A model generated the notes under the pieces. It was not told where the DNA came from. It searched no databases and saw only the letters and a list, made by a program, of their open reading frames with translations. Below are positions 1 to 10,902 of a stretch of DNA of 64,000 bases, in pieces. Both the position numbers and the translations under genes were made by a program. The DNA is from Opitutales bacterium (GTDB lineage: Bacteria; Verrucomicrobiota; Verrucomicrobiia; Opitutales; PNEW01): contig CBDANS010000007.1 of NCBI GenBank assembly GCA_965197745.1, positions 1,248,001 to 1,312,000 on the forward strand, given 5' to 3'. Numbering within the stretch: the first letter of the stretch is position 1; every line of letters begins with the position of its first letter.

Positions 1-85
1 CTGGGGAATCAGAATTTACTCTCAAAGTTAATAGAGCGCCGCAGACGGGCTATTCTGAAACCGCGAGGTATAAAAGCGTTTCTCC

Positions 86-1078
86 ATGCTATTCTCAATC
101 GCTAAAATAAGACCGCGTCAACTTATGCTCGCACACCTTCCAGTACTCCTGCGTGAGGTGATTGAAATATTTGAACCTCGCGATGGGCATCATTATCTGG
201 ATGCGACATTTGGAGGAGGGGGCCATACCCGGGCTTTGTTGGACGCAGCCGATACGACCCGGGTCACGGCAATCGATTGCGATCCTGAAGTATCTGTTCG
301 TGCTGATGCGATGAGGATAAAATATGGCGCTCGTCTAAAATATCACGATCTCAACTTCGACCAGATAGATACTCTTGAGGAAATTGATTTCAATGGCGCT
401 TTATTTGACTTAGGGGTATCTTCATATCAGCTGGAGGATAGTGAACGCGGATTTTCTTTCCGACATGCCGCTACCGTGGATATGCGATTGAATCCGCGAG
501 AAGGTATTTCAGCTGCTGAATTTCTGGAAACGGCAACCCGCGAAGAGCTTGTTCTAGCAGTGCGTGATTACGGTGAAGAAAAACGATGGCGTCGTGTTGT
601 TGAAGCTATCCTGAAGGCTCGTGGCAGCGGTGCTCTCAAGGATACATTAGAGTTGGCTGAGGTTATTAATAAAGCGACAGCTGCCCATGGTTTGGAGAGA
701 AGGGCGCGTATTCACCCGTCAACAAGAACATTTCAAGGCATTCGCATTGCCATTAATCGAGAACTTGAACGGTTGGAGATAGCGCTTTCCATGGCTTTCA
801 AGAAATTAGCGGCAGGTGGCATCCTCATCGTTATAAGTTTCCATTCGCTGGAGGACCGTATTGTAAAACGATACTTCAATCGTATGGCTGGCCGTCCTGA
901 GCACCGGGGTGACGCGCAATCACAACAAGCGCGAACCGTTCATGCCACTTTATTAACGAAACGTCCTAAACGACCCTCATCTGAAGAAAAAGAAAACAAT
1001 ATGCGCAGTCGCTCTGCTCGTCTCCGGGCAATTCGCAAAATTTTTACGCCTAACCCCCTGCAAAATGAAAATATATAA
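86..1078 (+). CDS. rsmH: 16S rRNA (cytosine1402-N4)-methyltransferase
   Basis: HLPVLL, DATFGGGGHT, DLGVSSYQL, ISFHSLEDR, RSARLR motifs; head of dcw cluster; real start probably ATG 125. Confidence 0.96.
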   Translation: MLFSIAKIRPRQLMLAHLPVLLREVIEIFEPRDGHHYLDATFGGGGHTRALLDAADTTRVTAIDCDPEVSVRADAMRIKYGARLKYHDLNFDQIDTLEEIDFNGALFDLGVSSYQLEDSERGFSFRHAATVDMRLNPREGISAAEFLETATREELVLAVRDYGEEKRWRRVVEAILKARGSGALKDTLELAEVINKATAAHGLERRARIHPSTRTFQGIRIAINRELERLEIALSMAFKKLAAGGILIVISFHSLEDRIVKRYFNRMAGRPEHRGDAQSQQARTVHATLLTKRPKRPSSEEKENNMRSRSARLRAIRKIFTPNPLQNENI

Positions 1079-1448
1079 GGATATAAACCCTAACTACCTG
1101 CATAAGATATTTACTTTAATTATGCTCATCATGCTCATATCAGCCAGTGGTGGACTTGGAATTGTCTGGCTGCGTCAGCAGATTTCAATGATCGCTACAC
1201 GTTCCCAGAAGATAGAAAGCAAACTTGTCATTATTGAACGCAATATAAGAAATCTGGACGCAAAAATAGGAGAGATTCACAATCCCAAAAAGCTTCTTCG
1301 TCACGCGACGGACATGAAGTTAAGTTTAAGCCAACCCCGTGAAGATCAAATCGTCCGGCTCACTCCACGGGGTGGCAATAACTTCGCTCCTAATGTGATT
1401 CGAGAAAGTAACGCTTTCGCAGGTAATCTTGTTGCCATTAACCCCTAG
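1065..1448 (+). CDS. ftsL: FtsL-like cell division protein
   Basis: Single TM segment followed by coiled-coil-like region; between rsmH and ftsI. Confidence 0.65.
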   Translation: MKIYKDINPNYLHKIFTLIMLIMLISASGGLGIVWLRQQISMIATRSQKIESKLVIIERNIRNLDAKIGEIHNPKKLLRHATDMKLSLSQPREDQIVRLTPRGGNNFAPNVIRESNAFAGNLVAINP

Positions 1449-1463
1449 CTCAACCCCTTACAG

Positions 1464-3260
1464 ATGAGTAATGCCTACATACCCCGTTGGCGGATATGGT
1501 TTATCGCTGTCGGAATATCTTTATGTTTTGGGGGCATCCTCTGGCGGTTATATTACCTCCATATTCTGGAACAGGATAACCTTGTGCGTATTGTCGCCAC
1601 GAATCGCAACAAACTCGAAATATTAAGTTCTCGTCGTGGCAAAGTTGTGGATTCACGAGGGAATCTTCTGGCCACTACCAACTCGGTCATTGAGTTAGGG
1701 GTCGATCCACAGGGGACAAGAACTGAAGATCTGAACAGTCTCCCTGAGCTGGCGCATATTATTAATATGCCACTTGAAGAATTAGAATCGCGCATGTTGA
1801 AAAAAACGCGAAAAGAAGCGGGTAATTATAGTCAGGAAGTAAGACCTATTCGCTGGAGCAAACTCGCAGACAGCATAGGGGAGGAGACCTATAAAAGCGT
1901 GCGCGCGCTTGGAATAAAGGGCGTCTATGGGAATCGAAAATTCGAACGTTTATATCCTGGTGAATCGCTCGCCTCTCATCTCATGGGATTTATCAATAAA
2001 GAGGGAACTCCGGTAATGGGAGTCGAACGCTATATGGACTTTTATCTGCGCGGGCAGGATGGATGGCGTGAGACCGAATACGATGGTCTTCGTCGAGAAC
2101 TGGCCCGATTTCGTAAGCGCGAGGTCGAACCCACAGATGGCCTGAACATCGAATTAACGATCGACTTTGTCGTTCAGCATATCATCGAAGATGAATTGAA
2201 AAAATTGGTGGAAAAATACCAGCCAGAATCAGCAACAGTTATTGTCAGTGATCCCTCCACGGGCTACCTTATGGGGTTGGCGAACTGGCCTACCTTTGAC
2301 TTAAATGAATTCTGGAAGTACCCACTCGACTGGCATCGAAACCGTGCGGTCTCAGATATTTTTGAACCGGGTTCTACTTTCAAGATAGTCTCTGTCAGTG
2401 GCGCTCTCAATGAGTCTCTTGTTCAGCCCGATACACTGTTCGACTGCAACCAGCCGTATATCAGGTATCATGGGAAAATAATCAGATTACCTCGCGACCA
2501 CAAACCGCACGGGGTTCTGACCGTTAGTGAAGTAGTCAGTAAATCAAGCAATCGCGGAGCCGCGCAACTGGGTATGCTTCTGGGGCCAAACAGACTCTAT
2601 GATTACTGTGTAGCATTTGGATTTGGAGACTTAACCGGCTATCCTCTCGAAGGCGAAGTAGCAGGTATTTTACACCCGGTTAGAAAGTGGGACAGTCTTA
2701 CGATCAGCCGATTGCCGATTGGACATGCCGTGAGTGCCACGCCTTTACAGATTCATTATGCCATGTCCGTTATTGCTAATAAGGGAGTACTCATGAGTCC
2801 ACAGATAGTACGTCGCGTGTTTGACGCTGAAGGGCAGACATTGGCCAGTTTTCGTCCAAAGACTCGGCACCGGGCGATTAGGGAGGAGACGGCAAGTGAA
2901 GTTTCTCAATTCCTGATTAAGACGGTCAGCCCGAATGGCACTGCGCCATTGGCGATTATACCTGATTATGAAGTGGCGGGTAAAACGGGCACGACCAGAA
3001 AAATCATCAATGGCCGGTATACCAATCAGCATCATGTTACTTCCTTTGTCGGTTTCTTTCCCGCTTCGAAACCCCGGTTGGTAATAACCGTCGTGGTCGA
3101 CGATCCTCAGTCGGAGATGCCGAGCTATGGAGGTAAAATTGCAGCTCCGGTATTCAAGAGCGTCGCACAGAAGTTGATTCAGTATCTGGAGATAGAGCCG
3201 GTAAGTGAAAAGCGCGAATACTATGCAATGAGAGGGCTAAGTTATGAATCCCGGCGTTAA
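1464..3260 (+). CDS. ftsI: Class B penicillin-binding protein (FtsI/PBP3)
   Basis: N-terminal TM, RGxxxDxxG, EPGSTFK (SxxK), SSN (SxN), KTGT motifs. Confidence 0.93.
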   Translation: MSNAYIPRWRIWFIAVGISLCFGGILWRLYYLHILEQDNLVRIVATNRNKLEILSSRRGKVVDSRGNLLATTNSVIELGVDPQGTRTEDLNSLPELAHIINMPLEELESRMLKKTRKEAGNYSQEVRPIRWSKLADSIGEETYKSVRALGIKGVYGNRKFERLYPGESLASHLMGFINKEGTPVMGVERYMDFYLRGQDGWRETEYDGLRRELARFRKREVEPTDGLNIELTIDFVVQHIIEDELKKLVEKYQPESATVIVSDPSTGYLMGLANWPTFDLNEFWKYPLDWHRNRAVSDIFEPGSTFKIVSVSGALNESLVQPDTLFDCNQPYIRYHGKIIRLPRDHKPHGVLTVSEVVSKSSNRGAAQLGMLLGPNRLYDYCVAFGFGDLTGYPLEGEVAGILHPVRKWDSLTISRLPIGHAVSATPLQIHYAMSVIANKGVLMSPQIVRRVFDAEGQTLASFRPKTRHRAIREETASEVSQFLIKTVSPNGTAPLAIIPDYEVAGKTGTTRKIINGRYTNQHHVTSFVGFFPASKPRLVITVVVDDPQSEMPSYGGKIAAPVFKSVAQKLIQYLEIEPVSEKREYYAMRGLSYESRR

Positions 3261-4827
3261 CATTCTGATAAGTCATTTAATAGGAAATGCAACCTTAGCG
3301 GCGATTACCTTGTATAATATAGAAAGAGCATATATTAAAACTATGGAAGCCAGCCTAAAGCTCCTTTTTGACAATCTTCCCGTAATCAGCTTCTCTGGAG
3401 AAGGTGAGTGCAAAATTAGAAATATTTGCACCGATAGTCGCCGTGTGGCTCCGGGGACATTGTTTTTTGCTATCAGCGGTCTTCACACCGATGGCAATCT
3501 CTATATAAATGAAGCCATAAATCGAGGTGCTTCCGCAGTTGTATCAGAGCAACTCTGCAGATCGCACAATGAAGTTGTCACCATTCAGGTTAAAAATATT
3601 AGAAGTATTCTCACTGCTGTGGCGCGGAGGTTCTATCATTCACCGGAAGAGGATATTGAGCTTGTTGGAATCACAGGCACTAATGGTAAAACCACAGTCG
3701 CATTTCTTGTAAAATTTCTTCTCGAAGAAAAGGATCATAAGGTCGGTATGATAGGGACCGTCCAATACTATCTTGGGGAGCGAACCCTGCCCGCTTACAG
3801 AACGACACCTGAGTCTATTGAGATCTATTCTATGCTCGCACAAATGCGGGGGGCCAATTGTCGTGAAGCAGTAATGGAAGTCAGTTCTCATGGCATCCAG
3901 CAAGAACGTGTAAGCGGATTACAATTTAAAGTCGCTGCTTTTCTGGGACTCACTCGGGACCATATCGACTATCATAAGTCCATGGAGGAATATTTTAAAA
4001 TAAAATGTAAACTATTCAATGGAGAAACAGGATGCCAGCCATCAACCGCGGTTATCAATATCGATGATTCTTACGGCAGTCGATTATTTGAAAATGTTCA
4101 CAACGATATCTCTGTTCTCTCTTATGGCGAAAGTGAAAGCGCGAATATCCGTGCCACAAACATAGAACTCAGTGACCACGGTTCGAAGTTTACCTTATAC
4201 TGGCCCGATGGTTCAGTCGACATCTTCTCCCCTCTCCTCGGGCGTTACAATATAAGCAATGTCCTTGCTTCGATGGCGATAATATGCGCCTTGGGTCGGG
4301 ATCCATCAACGCTTGCTTCGCGCCTTAAAAAATTTCCCGGCGTTCCCGGTCGTATGGAACGCATAGACCTGGGACAACCATTTAATGTGTTGGTCGATTA
4401 CGCGCACACTGATGATGCTTTAAAAAACGCGCTTTCCATGTTGCGCACGGTGACGCCGGGTAATCTCTATGTGGTATTCGGTTGTGGAGGCAATCGCGAT
4501 CGTGAAAAACGGCCCCTTATGACACGCGCGGTAATGGAACACGCCGACTATGCCTGGGCTACATCCGACAACCCGAGGAACGAAGAACAAGAAACTATAT
4601 TTGATGATATGAAGGGGGGAGTTACCGATTTCGAGCGCATCCAATTTATCGAGGATCGCCGTCGCGCTATTAATCTAGCCCTTGAATCGGCTCAGGCCGG
4701 AGATTGCCTGCTCATCGCCGGGAAGGGGCATGAAACTTTTCAAATGATACATGATTCCGTCGTTCCTTTTGATGACCGTCAAGTTGCACAGGAGCTTTTG
4801 GGTGTTAAACAATTCAGCAAACGATAA
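3244..4827 (+). CDS. murE: UDP-MurNAc-tripeptide synthetase (meso-DAP ligase)
   Basis: GITGTNGKTT, MEVSSHG, VDYAHT, DNPR (DAP-type), AGKGHE. Confidence 0.96.
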   Translation: MNPGVNILISHLIGNATLAAITLYNIERAYIKTMEASLKLLFDNLPVISFSGEGECKIRNICTDSRRVAPGTLFFAISGLHTDGNLYINEAINRGASAVVSEQLCRSHNEVVTIQVKNIRSILTAVARRFYHSPEEDIELVGITGTNGKTTVAFLVKFLLEEKDHKVGMIGTVQYYLGERTLPAYRTTPESIEIYSMLAQMRGANCREAVMEVSSHGIQQERVSGLQFKVAAFLGLTRDHIDYHKSMEEYFKIKCKLFNGETGCQPSTAVINIDDSYGSRLFENVHNDISVLSYGESESANIRATNIELSDHGSKFTLYWPDGSVDIFSPLLGRYNISNVLASMAIICALGRDPSTLASRLKKFPGVPGRMERIDLGQPFNVLVDYAHTDDALKNALSMLRTVTPGNLYVVFGCGGNRDREKRPLMTRAVMEHADYAWATSDNPRNEEQETIFDDMKGGVTDFERIQFIEDRRRAINLALESAQAGDCLLIAGKGHETFQMIHDSVVPFDDRQVAQELLGVKQFSKR

Positions 4828-4830
4828 TGA

Positions 4831-6255
4831 GTGATGCCGAAATTTGATCCGGATAAATTACAGACTTGGACTTCGGGTGAATGGAAATCGGGAGTACCTC
4901 GTAGAATATCTGGATTTTCTTTTGATACAAGAATACTCCAACAAGAGAATCTTTTTATAGCTATAAAAACGAATAAAAATGACGGACATGATTTTATAGT
5001 CAAAGCGAAAGAGGCCGGCGCCAGCGGAGCCCTTGTCGCGCGTCACAATCCTCGTATTTCTCTGCCACAACTGCTAGTAAAAGAACCCCTGGCCGCACTC
5101 CATTCGATGGCCACTTATCACCGACAGGAATACCACGGGCCTGTAATCGGTGTAACTGGCAGTTGTGGCAAAACTTCTACTAAAGATCTCCTCGCACTAC
5201 TCCTGGGTGATAATGGCGTTCATCGCAATCGGGAAAACTATAATAATCAACTCGGTGTCCCTTTGACCCTCCTCGAGATAGATCATCACAATCACGATTG
5301 CGCCATTATTGAAGTGGGGATGAATGCTCCAGGTGAAATTGAGCAGCTGTCCCGACTTATAAAACCCACGGCTAGCATCATCACTTCGGTGGCCGCTGCC
5401 CATCTGGATGCTTTTAATTCTATTGATGATATTGCGCGTGAAAAATCGATCCTTGGCCATCACACGCAGAATGATGGCCGGATTTTTTTTCACCGTGACT
5501 GTAGCCGGTATGATGCTTTTCATAATTTTCCCGCTCCTTCAGTTATTCTCATTGAGGATGAGACCTCGGGTCATTTACCCGTAAAAGAAGGAGAGGGTAT
5601 CTCCTGGTGGGTGAAAAGATCACACCGTCCTGATGGAGGTTCTGCCCTTACGCTGAAGGTGCCACCCGACGCACGTCACACTTTCAATCTCTCTCCACTC
5701 AGCCCCGGGATGGTTAGCAATACCTGTCTGGCGATCGCAACCGCCTGGCACTTGGGGGTAAATGATGAAGACATTCAGGAAAGACTTTTGTGCTGGCATC
5801 CCACATCTCTTCGCGGTGAGATTATTCACCGCGAAGAGAAAATTTTCTATGTTGATTGTTATAATGCGAGTCCAGCCTCGATGGCTGACAGCTTTAAGGC
5901 ATTTAGCACTCTTATGCAGACGTCCTTGCCCCGTCTCTACGTTCTCGGATGCATGGCTGAATTAGGCGAACAAGCACAGGATCTTCATTACGCAGTAGGA
6001 CGTTTGCTGGAATTGCGTTCAGAGGATAAAGTAATAATTATAGGTGAACATGCAGGTAGTCTGCGCGACGGAATTTATTCTCAAGGCCACGAAAAAAAAC
6101 AGGTGGCCATATTCACTTCAGGTGAAGCTATGCGAAAGGCTATAAGCGAATTCGAAGGGGCGGTGCTTCTTAAAGGCAGTCGTATACACAAACTGGAATC
6201 GCTGCTCCCTGCCGTGAAATCTAAGGTGTCAATCAGGGACAAACAGGCATGTTAA
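4831..6255 (+). CDS. murF: UDP-MurNAc-tripeptide--D-Ala-D-Ala ligase
   Basis: GVTGSCGKTSTK, NYNNQLGVPLTL, DCYNASP, LLKGSR. Confidence 0.95.
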   Translation: MMPKFDPDKLQTWTSGEWKSGVPRRISGFSFDTRILQQENLFIAIKTNKNDGHDFIVKAKEAGASGALVARHNPRISLPQLLVKEPLAALHSMATYHRQEYHGPVIGVTGSCGKTSTKDLLALLLGDNGVHRNRENYNNQLGVPLTLLEIDHHNHDCAIIEVGMNAPGEIEQLSRLIKPTASIITSVAAAHLDAFNSIDDIAREKSILGHHTQNDGRIFFHRDCSRYDAFHNFPAPSVILIEDETSGHLPVKEGEGISWWVKRSHRPDGGSALTLKVPPDARHTFNLSPLSPGMVSNTCLAIATAWHLGVNDEDIQERLLCWHPTSLRGEIIHREEKIFYVDCYNASPASMADSFKAFSTLMQTSLPRLYVLGCMAELGEQAQDLHYAVGRLLELRSEDKVIIIGEHAGSLRDGIYSQGHEKKQVAIFTSGEAMRKAISEFEGAVLLKGSRIHKLESLLPAVKSKVSIRDKQAC

Positions 6256-7349
6256 GCTACCTTGCAGAGTATCAAGATCTATTTGGACCTTTACGCTTGT
6301 TCCGCTATCTCACTCTGCGGGGAGTACTGGCGGCCGCGACGGCATTGGCTATAGGCTTTGTCATTGCGCCCTGGCTTATTGCCAAACTTCACAGCTTCAA
6401 GCTTGCCCAGTCGATGCGAGACGCTTCAGAGGTGGGTGATCTTGCTAAATTGCACGCCGACAAAAAAGACACCCCAACGATGGGGGGGGTGATTATTTTT
6501 ATTGCTATAATCATCAGCTCACTGCTCTGGGCAAAGCCCAATATTTATGTCATAACATCACTAATTGTGTATATTGCGCTGACCGCTGTCGGGCTGCTTG
6601 ATGATTACCTTAAAATATCGCGCAAGAGCAGTAAAGGGCTGGCCAGCCGTTATAAACTATTAGGACAAGCATTAATAGCTTTCATGGCACTGGGTCTGCT
6701 AATGCTTAACGAGGATATTGGTTCTCAAATGCGCGAGTTATGGGTGCCATTTTTAAAATATCCCGTTATTGAACAGATGCCCTACTGGTTTCTTTTAATA
6801 TTCTTTTTCCTTGTTCTTGCGGGATCAAGTAATGCCATTAATTTAACTGATGGAATAGATGGTTTGGCCATTGGTTGCACGGTCACGGTGGCTCTTGTTT
6901 ACTCGGTCATGGCCTACCTTACGGGAAACGCGATAATAGCCGATTATCTGCTGATCAGTTTCATCAATGGAACCGGTGAACTGGCAGTAATTTGTGCGGC
7001 CATGTTGGGCGCAAGTCTTGCCTTTCTCTGGTATAATGCTCATCCCGCTGAAGTATTCATGGGTGATACCGGTTCTCTTGCACTGGGGGGACTTTTGGGA
7101 ACGATTGCTTTTATCGTTCATCAACCAATCACACTTATCCTCGTGGGGGGGATTTTCGTTCTTGAAGCGCTTTCTGTGATTATCCAGGTCGTGTCTTTCA
7201 AGACGCGAGGAAAGCGGGTATTTCGCATGGCTCCTATTCACCATCATTTTGAACTGTTGGGCTGGGTGGAATCAAAAGTAGTCATTCGATTCTGGATTTT
7301 ATCTTTAATTTTTGCGATCGGAGGATTAGCCACATTAAAATTGAGATAA
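6249..7349 (+). CDS. mraY: Phospho-MurNAc-pentapeptide transferase
   Basis: TPTMGG, DDY, NAINLTDGIDGL, FMGDTGSL, MAPIHHHFE; multi-TM. Confidence 0.97.
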   Translation: MLSYLAEYQDLFGPLRLFRYLTLRGVLAAATALAIGFVIAPWLIAKLHSFKLAQSMRDASEVGDLAKLHADKKDTPTMGGVIIFIAIIISSLLWAKPNIYVITSLIVYIALTAVGLLDDYLKISRKSSKGLASRYKLLGQALIAFMALGLLMLNEDIGSQMRELWVPFLKYPVIEQMPYWFLLIFFFLVLAGSSNAINLTDGIDGLAIGCTVTVALVYSVMAYLTGNAIIADYLLISFINGTGELAVICAAMLGASLAFLWYNAHPAEVFMGDTGSLALGGLLGTIAFIVHQPITLILVGGIFVLEALSVIIQVVSFKTRGKRVFRMAPIHHHFELLGWVESKVVIRFWILSLIFAIGGLATLKLR

Positions 7350-7354
7350 AGATA

Positions 7355-8653
7355 ATGATGATACCGGATGAAATAAGAAGCCTCCTCGATCGTCCTGTTG
7401 CCATGTTTGGCAGTGGTATCAGCGGTCGTGCGGTTATGGATATTCTGAGGGATTACGCTATTACTTTTATCTGTTATGATGCACGTGGCGATGAAGAAAA
7501 TCGCCATCATTTCAATTCCAATGATGCACGGGAGCACGCCTTGGTCATCTACAGTCCCGGCTTTGCTCAAGATCACCCCTGGCTGCAATCTGCGCGCAGC
7601 GCAGGGTGTCTATGCCTGGGCGAAATCGATTTCGCATCACTTTTCTGGAAGGGCCGAATAATCGCTGTAACCGGCACTAATGGTAAAACGACATTGTCGG
7701 AATTTCTAGCCTTTGCTTTTAAGCGTCTGGGAACGGATGCTCTCGCCGTTGGCAATAATGGTTTTCCCTTCTCCCGTCTCTATGATCTAAAGGCTACAGA
7801 ACAGATGGTGGCGGTATGTGAACTGAGTTCGTTTCAAGCCGAATCGCTCCATTATTTTCAATCCGATGCACTGCTATGGACGAATTTCAGTGAAGATCAT
7901 CTTGATCGTCATCCCTCTATTGAAAGTTATTTTAAAGCCAAATGGAACCTCGTCGATTGCCTTCGACGACCTCTGTTTATAGCGGGTGATTCTGTGGCAA
8001 AAGCAGCGACACGCTATGGCTGTTTGATGCCGGAATATTCAGAAGTAATGGTTGAGACTGAAGCATTGCCATGGGAGTTGCCGAGAGGTTCTGTATTTAC
8101 GGCCTTTCCCCAACGGGAAAATCTTCGGTTGGCTTTGAAGTATTGGCAACGGGAAGAATTTTCCGAAACTGTTTTAAAAAATGCAGCGGTCCGATTTCCG
8201 ACACGCCGGCATCGTCTTGAGAAGGTCTCAGAAATAGGGGATGTCAGCTTCTGGAATGATTCCAAAGCGACCAATTTTGCCGCGACACATGCGGCCCTGA
8301 AAGCGTTTGATGATCCCGTTATATGGATTGGTGGCGGCAAGTCAAAAGGAGGAAATATTAATAATTTTGCCCGCGAGATGGCGGGTAAAATAAAGTCAGC
8401 TTTTTTACTTGGTGAGACCTCTGGAGAATTAGCCGAGGTATTCGAGGCAAGAAATATTCCAGCCCAGCTATGTGACACCATGCAAGAAGCAGTTTTTTCT
8501 TCTTTCGAAAATGCAGAGTCACACAACATTATCCTGCTTAGCCCTGGTTTTTCCAGTCAGGACATGTTTGAAAACTACGATCAGCGTGGAAACAGTTTTG
8601 AGAGTGCGGTTTTAAGTTTGAAGGACCACTTAATACAAAATAAAATAAAATGA
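7355..8653 (+). CDS. murD: UDP-MurNAc-L-Ala--D-Glu ligase
   Basis: VTGTNGKTT, ELSSFQ, DHLDRH, NDSKATN, LLSPG. Confidence 0.96.
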   Translation: MMIPDEIRSLLDRPVAMFGSGISGRAVMDILRDYAITFICYDARGDEENRHHFNSNDAREHALVIYSPGFAQDHPWLQSARSAGCLCLGEIDFASLFWKGRIIAVTGTNGKTTLSEFLAFAFKRLGTDALAVGNNGFPFSRLYDLKATEQMVAVCELSSFQAESLHYFQSDALLWTNFSEDHLDRHPSIESYFKAKWNLVDCLRRPLFIAGDSVAKAATRYGCLMPEYSEVMVETEALPWELPRGSVFTAFPQRENLRLALKYWQREEFSETVLKNAAVRFPTRRHRLEKVSEIGDVSFWNDSKATNFAATHAALKAFDDPVIWIGGGKSKGGNINNFAREMAGKIKSAFLLGETSGELAEVFEARNIPAQLCDTMQEAVFSSFENAESHNIILLSPGFSSQDMFENYDQRGNSFESAVLSLKDHLIQNKIK

Positions 8654-9747
8654 AGAACGATAACTCGAAAATGCTGATAACAAAAATATTCAGTATCGTG
8701 CTAGGTTTGCATCTGTTTATAATTAGCACGCTACTCATCGTGCCCGGATGTGTAACAACTGAAGTGGAGACAGATTCAGTTGATGCCGATCTCAATAGCA
8801 TGAAGGAAGACACGATTAAACCGGAAGCAATATCTCGAACTGAGAGAAAACGTTTGGACCCCGTGTTTAATGCCGGATTTGAAGCAAGGAGCAGCAATCG
8901 TTATTCACCTCGCAGTGGACGTTATCCTCCTACGCGGCCGACTCCGAAGTCGGACATGGATGACATCATTGAGCCACTTGGTGATCTGATCGACACATCC
9001 TATGCAAATTACACAGTGCAAGCGGGTGATAGTCCATGGGCAATCGCTAATGCCCACGGGGTTGACCTCGATGATCTACTGGCGGCCAATGGTTTTGCCC
9101 GGCAGACGACGATCTATGTCGGTCAGGAAATTGTAATACCGGAGAGCGATAACAGTCAAAGCAGCTCGGATGTGGACTTTTCAAGCATCGACGCGGAAAA
9201 TGAATATATTGTTCAACCTGGTGATACCCTTTCCACTATCGCTTTTCGTCGTGATGTTACGGTCAAGTCAATAATTGACGCCAATAAATTAAGCAGTGAT
9301 CTCATATACGTGGGGCAGGTATTATATATTCCCCAAAGTGACGGGTTATCAAAAGACTCCATTAGTATTTCTAAAGACAGGTTAAGGGATCACACGGCCT
9401 TGGGAAGTGAGAACATTCATATCGTCGAAGAAGGTGAAACCCCGAACCTGATAGCCAGGATACATGATATGAAAACTGAAGATTTATTACGATTGAACAA
9501 TATAAGCGACCCCACGAAATTGCAGATTGGGCAGGCATTAATTATTTTAAAAAGCGATTCCACCGTTAAGAGCACAACACCTCCACCTTCCATAATAAGA
9601 ACGGACGAGGAAATGGAACAGGATCTTTTCGAGATCCCGGAAAGTGAAGAAAGCCAGCTTTCTGGAGTTGAAAATTTAGAACGCAGCTTGCTGGACGAAG
9701 AGGAGAAAATTCCCGTTATCCCCATAGATTCAGAAAACGATTTTTAG
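8650..9747 (+). CDS. LysM-repeat peptidoglycan-binding protein (three LysM domains), possible lipoprotein
   Basis: YTVQAGDS, YIVQPGDTL, HIVEEGET repeats each ending in a (V/I)GQxL/I motif; hydrophobic N-terminus ending VPGC. Confidence 0.9.
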   Translation: MKNDNSKMLITKIFSIVLGLHLFIISTLLIVPGCVTTEVETDSVDADLNSMKEDTIKPEAISRTERKRLDPVFNAGFEARSSNRYSPRSGRYPPTRPTPKSDMDDIIEPLGDLIDTSYANYTVQAGDSPWAIANAHGVDLDDLLAANGFARQTTIYVGQEIVIPESDNSQSSSDVDFSSIDAENEYIVQPGDTLSTIAFRRDVTVKSIIDANKLSSDLIYVGQVLYIPQSDGLSKDSISISKDRLRDHTALGSENIHIVEEGETPNLIARIHDMKTEDLLRLNNISDPTKLQIGQALIILKSDSTVKSTTPPPSIIRTDEEMEQDLFEIPESEESQLSGVENLERSLLDEEEKIPVIPIDSENDF

Positions 9748-9750
9748 AGA

Positions 9751-10902
9751 ATGATATTGAGGGAGTCGACGCACATGAGCTGGTGGGTAAATATCCGACG
9801 TAATCTGGCGGGGACATCGCTGATTCTTGCGGTGTTCAGCCTTGCTGGGCTCGGGCTGATCGTCCTTTTCAGCGTGACTCATTCTCAGTATGCGGATCCC
9901 TATTTTATTGTTAGACGACAATTCTTGTGGCTCTGTCTTGCCGTCTTAGCCGGGGTTATTGCATTTTTTATTAACCTCGAAAAGTTACGCTTCTTCACTT
10001 GGTCTATTGCCGCTGGAGCAGTCATCCTGCTGACTCTTGTTCTTATTCCCGGAATTGGGCTCGAAGTCAATGGAGCGCGACGTTGGCTGGATCTCGGCCC
10101 CATGAATATGCAAGTGTCCGATTTTGCTAAAATCGCATTGATCTTTGTCCATGCCCATTACCTCGCCAATAATCAGCGTGCGCTCGGGAATTTCAAGCGA
10201 GGATTTCTCATTCCTTCAATGATGATCGGCGTAGTTGTCCTCTTAATTATTTTACAACCGGACTATGGAACTGCATTTCTTACAGCAGTAATCGGTTTCA
10301 CCTTACTCTTTCTTGCCGGAGCGAAATTATTATACCTCGTGCCCACATTCATTGTCGGGGTATTAATGTTCTGTGCCGCTATCCTCCTCGATCCCGTCCG
10401 GTTAAAAAGGATAACGGCATTTCTGGATGTTGAGGGAAACAGAAGTGATGGAGCCTACCAGTTATGGCAGGGTATACTCGCTTTTGGGGCAGGTGGAGTC
10501 AGCGGTGTTGGGCTGGGTAATGGCAGGCAACAGATGGCATTTCTCCCCGAAGCACACACCGATTTTATATTTCCCATAATCGGAGAAGAATTAGGCTTTG
10601 TTTTTACGGCTGGGGTCGTCATTGTTTTTTTCATTATTTTCATTACCAGTATATGGCAAATACATCGTGCGCCCAGTTTATTTCAGTTTCTTTTCGCAGC
10701 CGGAGCGCTCATGTACATAACATTGCAGGCCTTAATTAATTTTGGTGTCGTTACAGGATGTCTGCCCACCAAGGGGATGTCGCTGCCCTTTATAAGTTAT
10801 GGTGGGTCCAACCTGGTGTGTATGTTTTTCTTAATAGGGATTATTTTGAATTTTCTGCAGGAATGGAATCGATCCCCTCTTCGAAGACCGCGTGAACTAT
10901 GA
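9751..10902 (+). CDS. ftsW: SEDS-family peptidoglycan glycosyltransferase FtsW
   Basis: GARRW, QPDYGT, LPEAHTDFIF, PFISYGGS; immediately before murG. Confidence 0.95.
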   Translation: MILRESTHMSWWVNIRRNLAGTSLILAVFSLAGLGLIVLFSVTHSQYADPYFIVRRQFLWLCLAVLAGVIAFFINLEKLRFFTWSIAAGAVILLTLVLIPGIGLEVNGARRWLDLGPMNMQVSDFAKIALIFVHAHYLANNQRALGNFKRGFLIPSMMIGVVVLLIILQPDYGTAFLTAVIGFTLLFLAGAKLLYLVPTFIVGVLMFCAAILLDPVRLKRITAFLDVEGNRSDGAYQLWQGILAFGAGGVSGVGLGNGRQQMAFLPEAHTDFIFPIIGEELGFVFTAGVVIVFFIIFITSIWQIHRAPSLFQFLFAAGALMYITLQALINFGVVTGCLPTKGMSLPFISYGGSNLVCMFFLIGIILNFLQEWNRSPLRRPREL

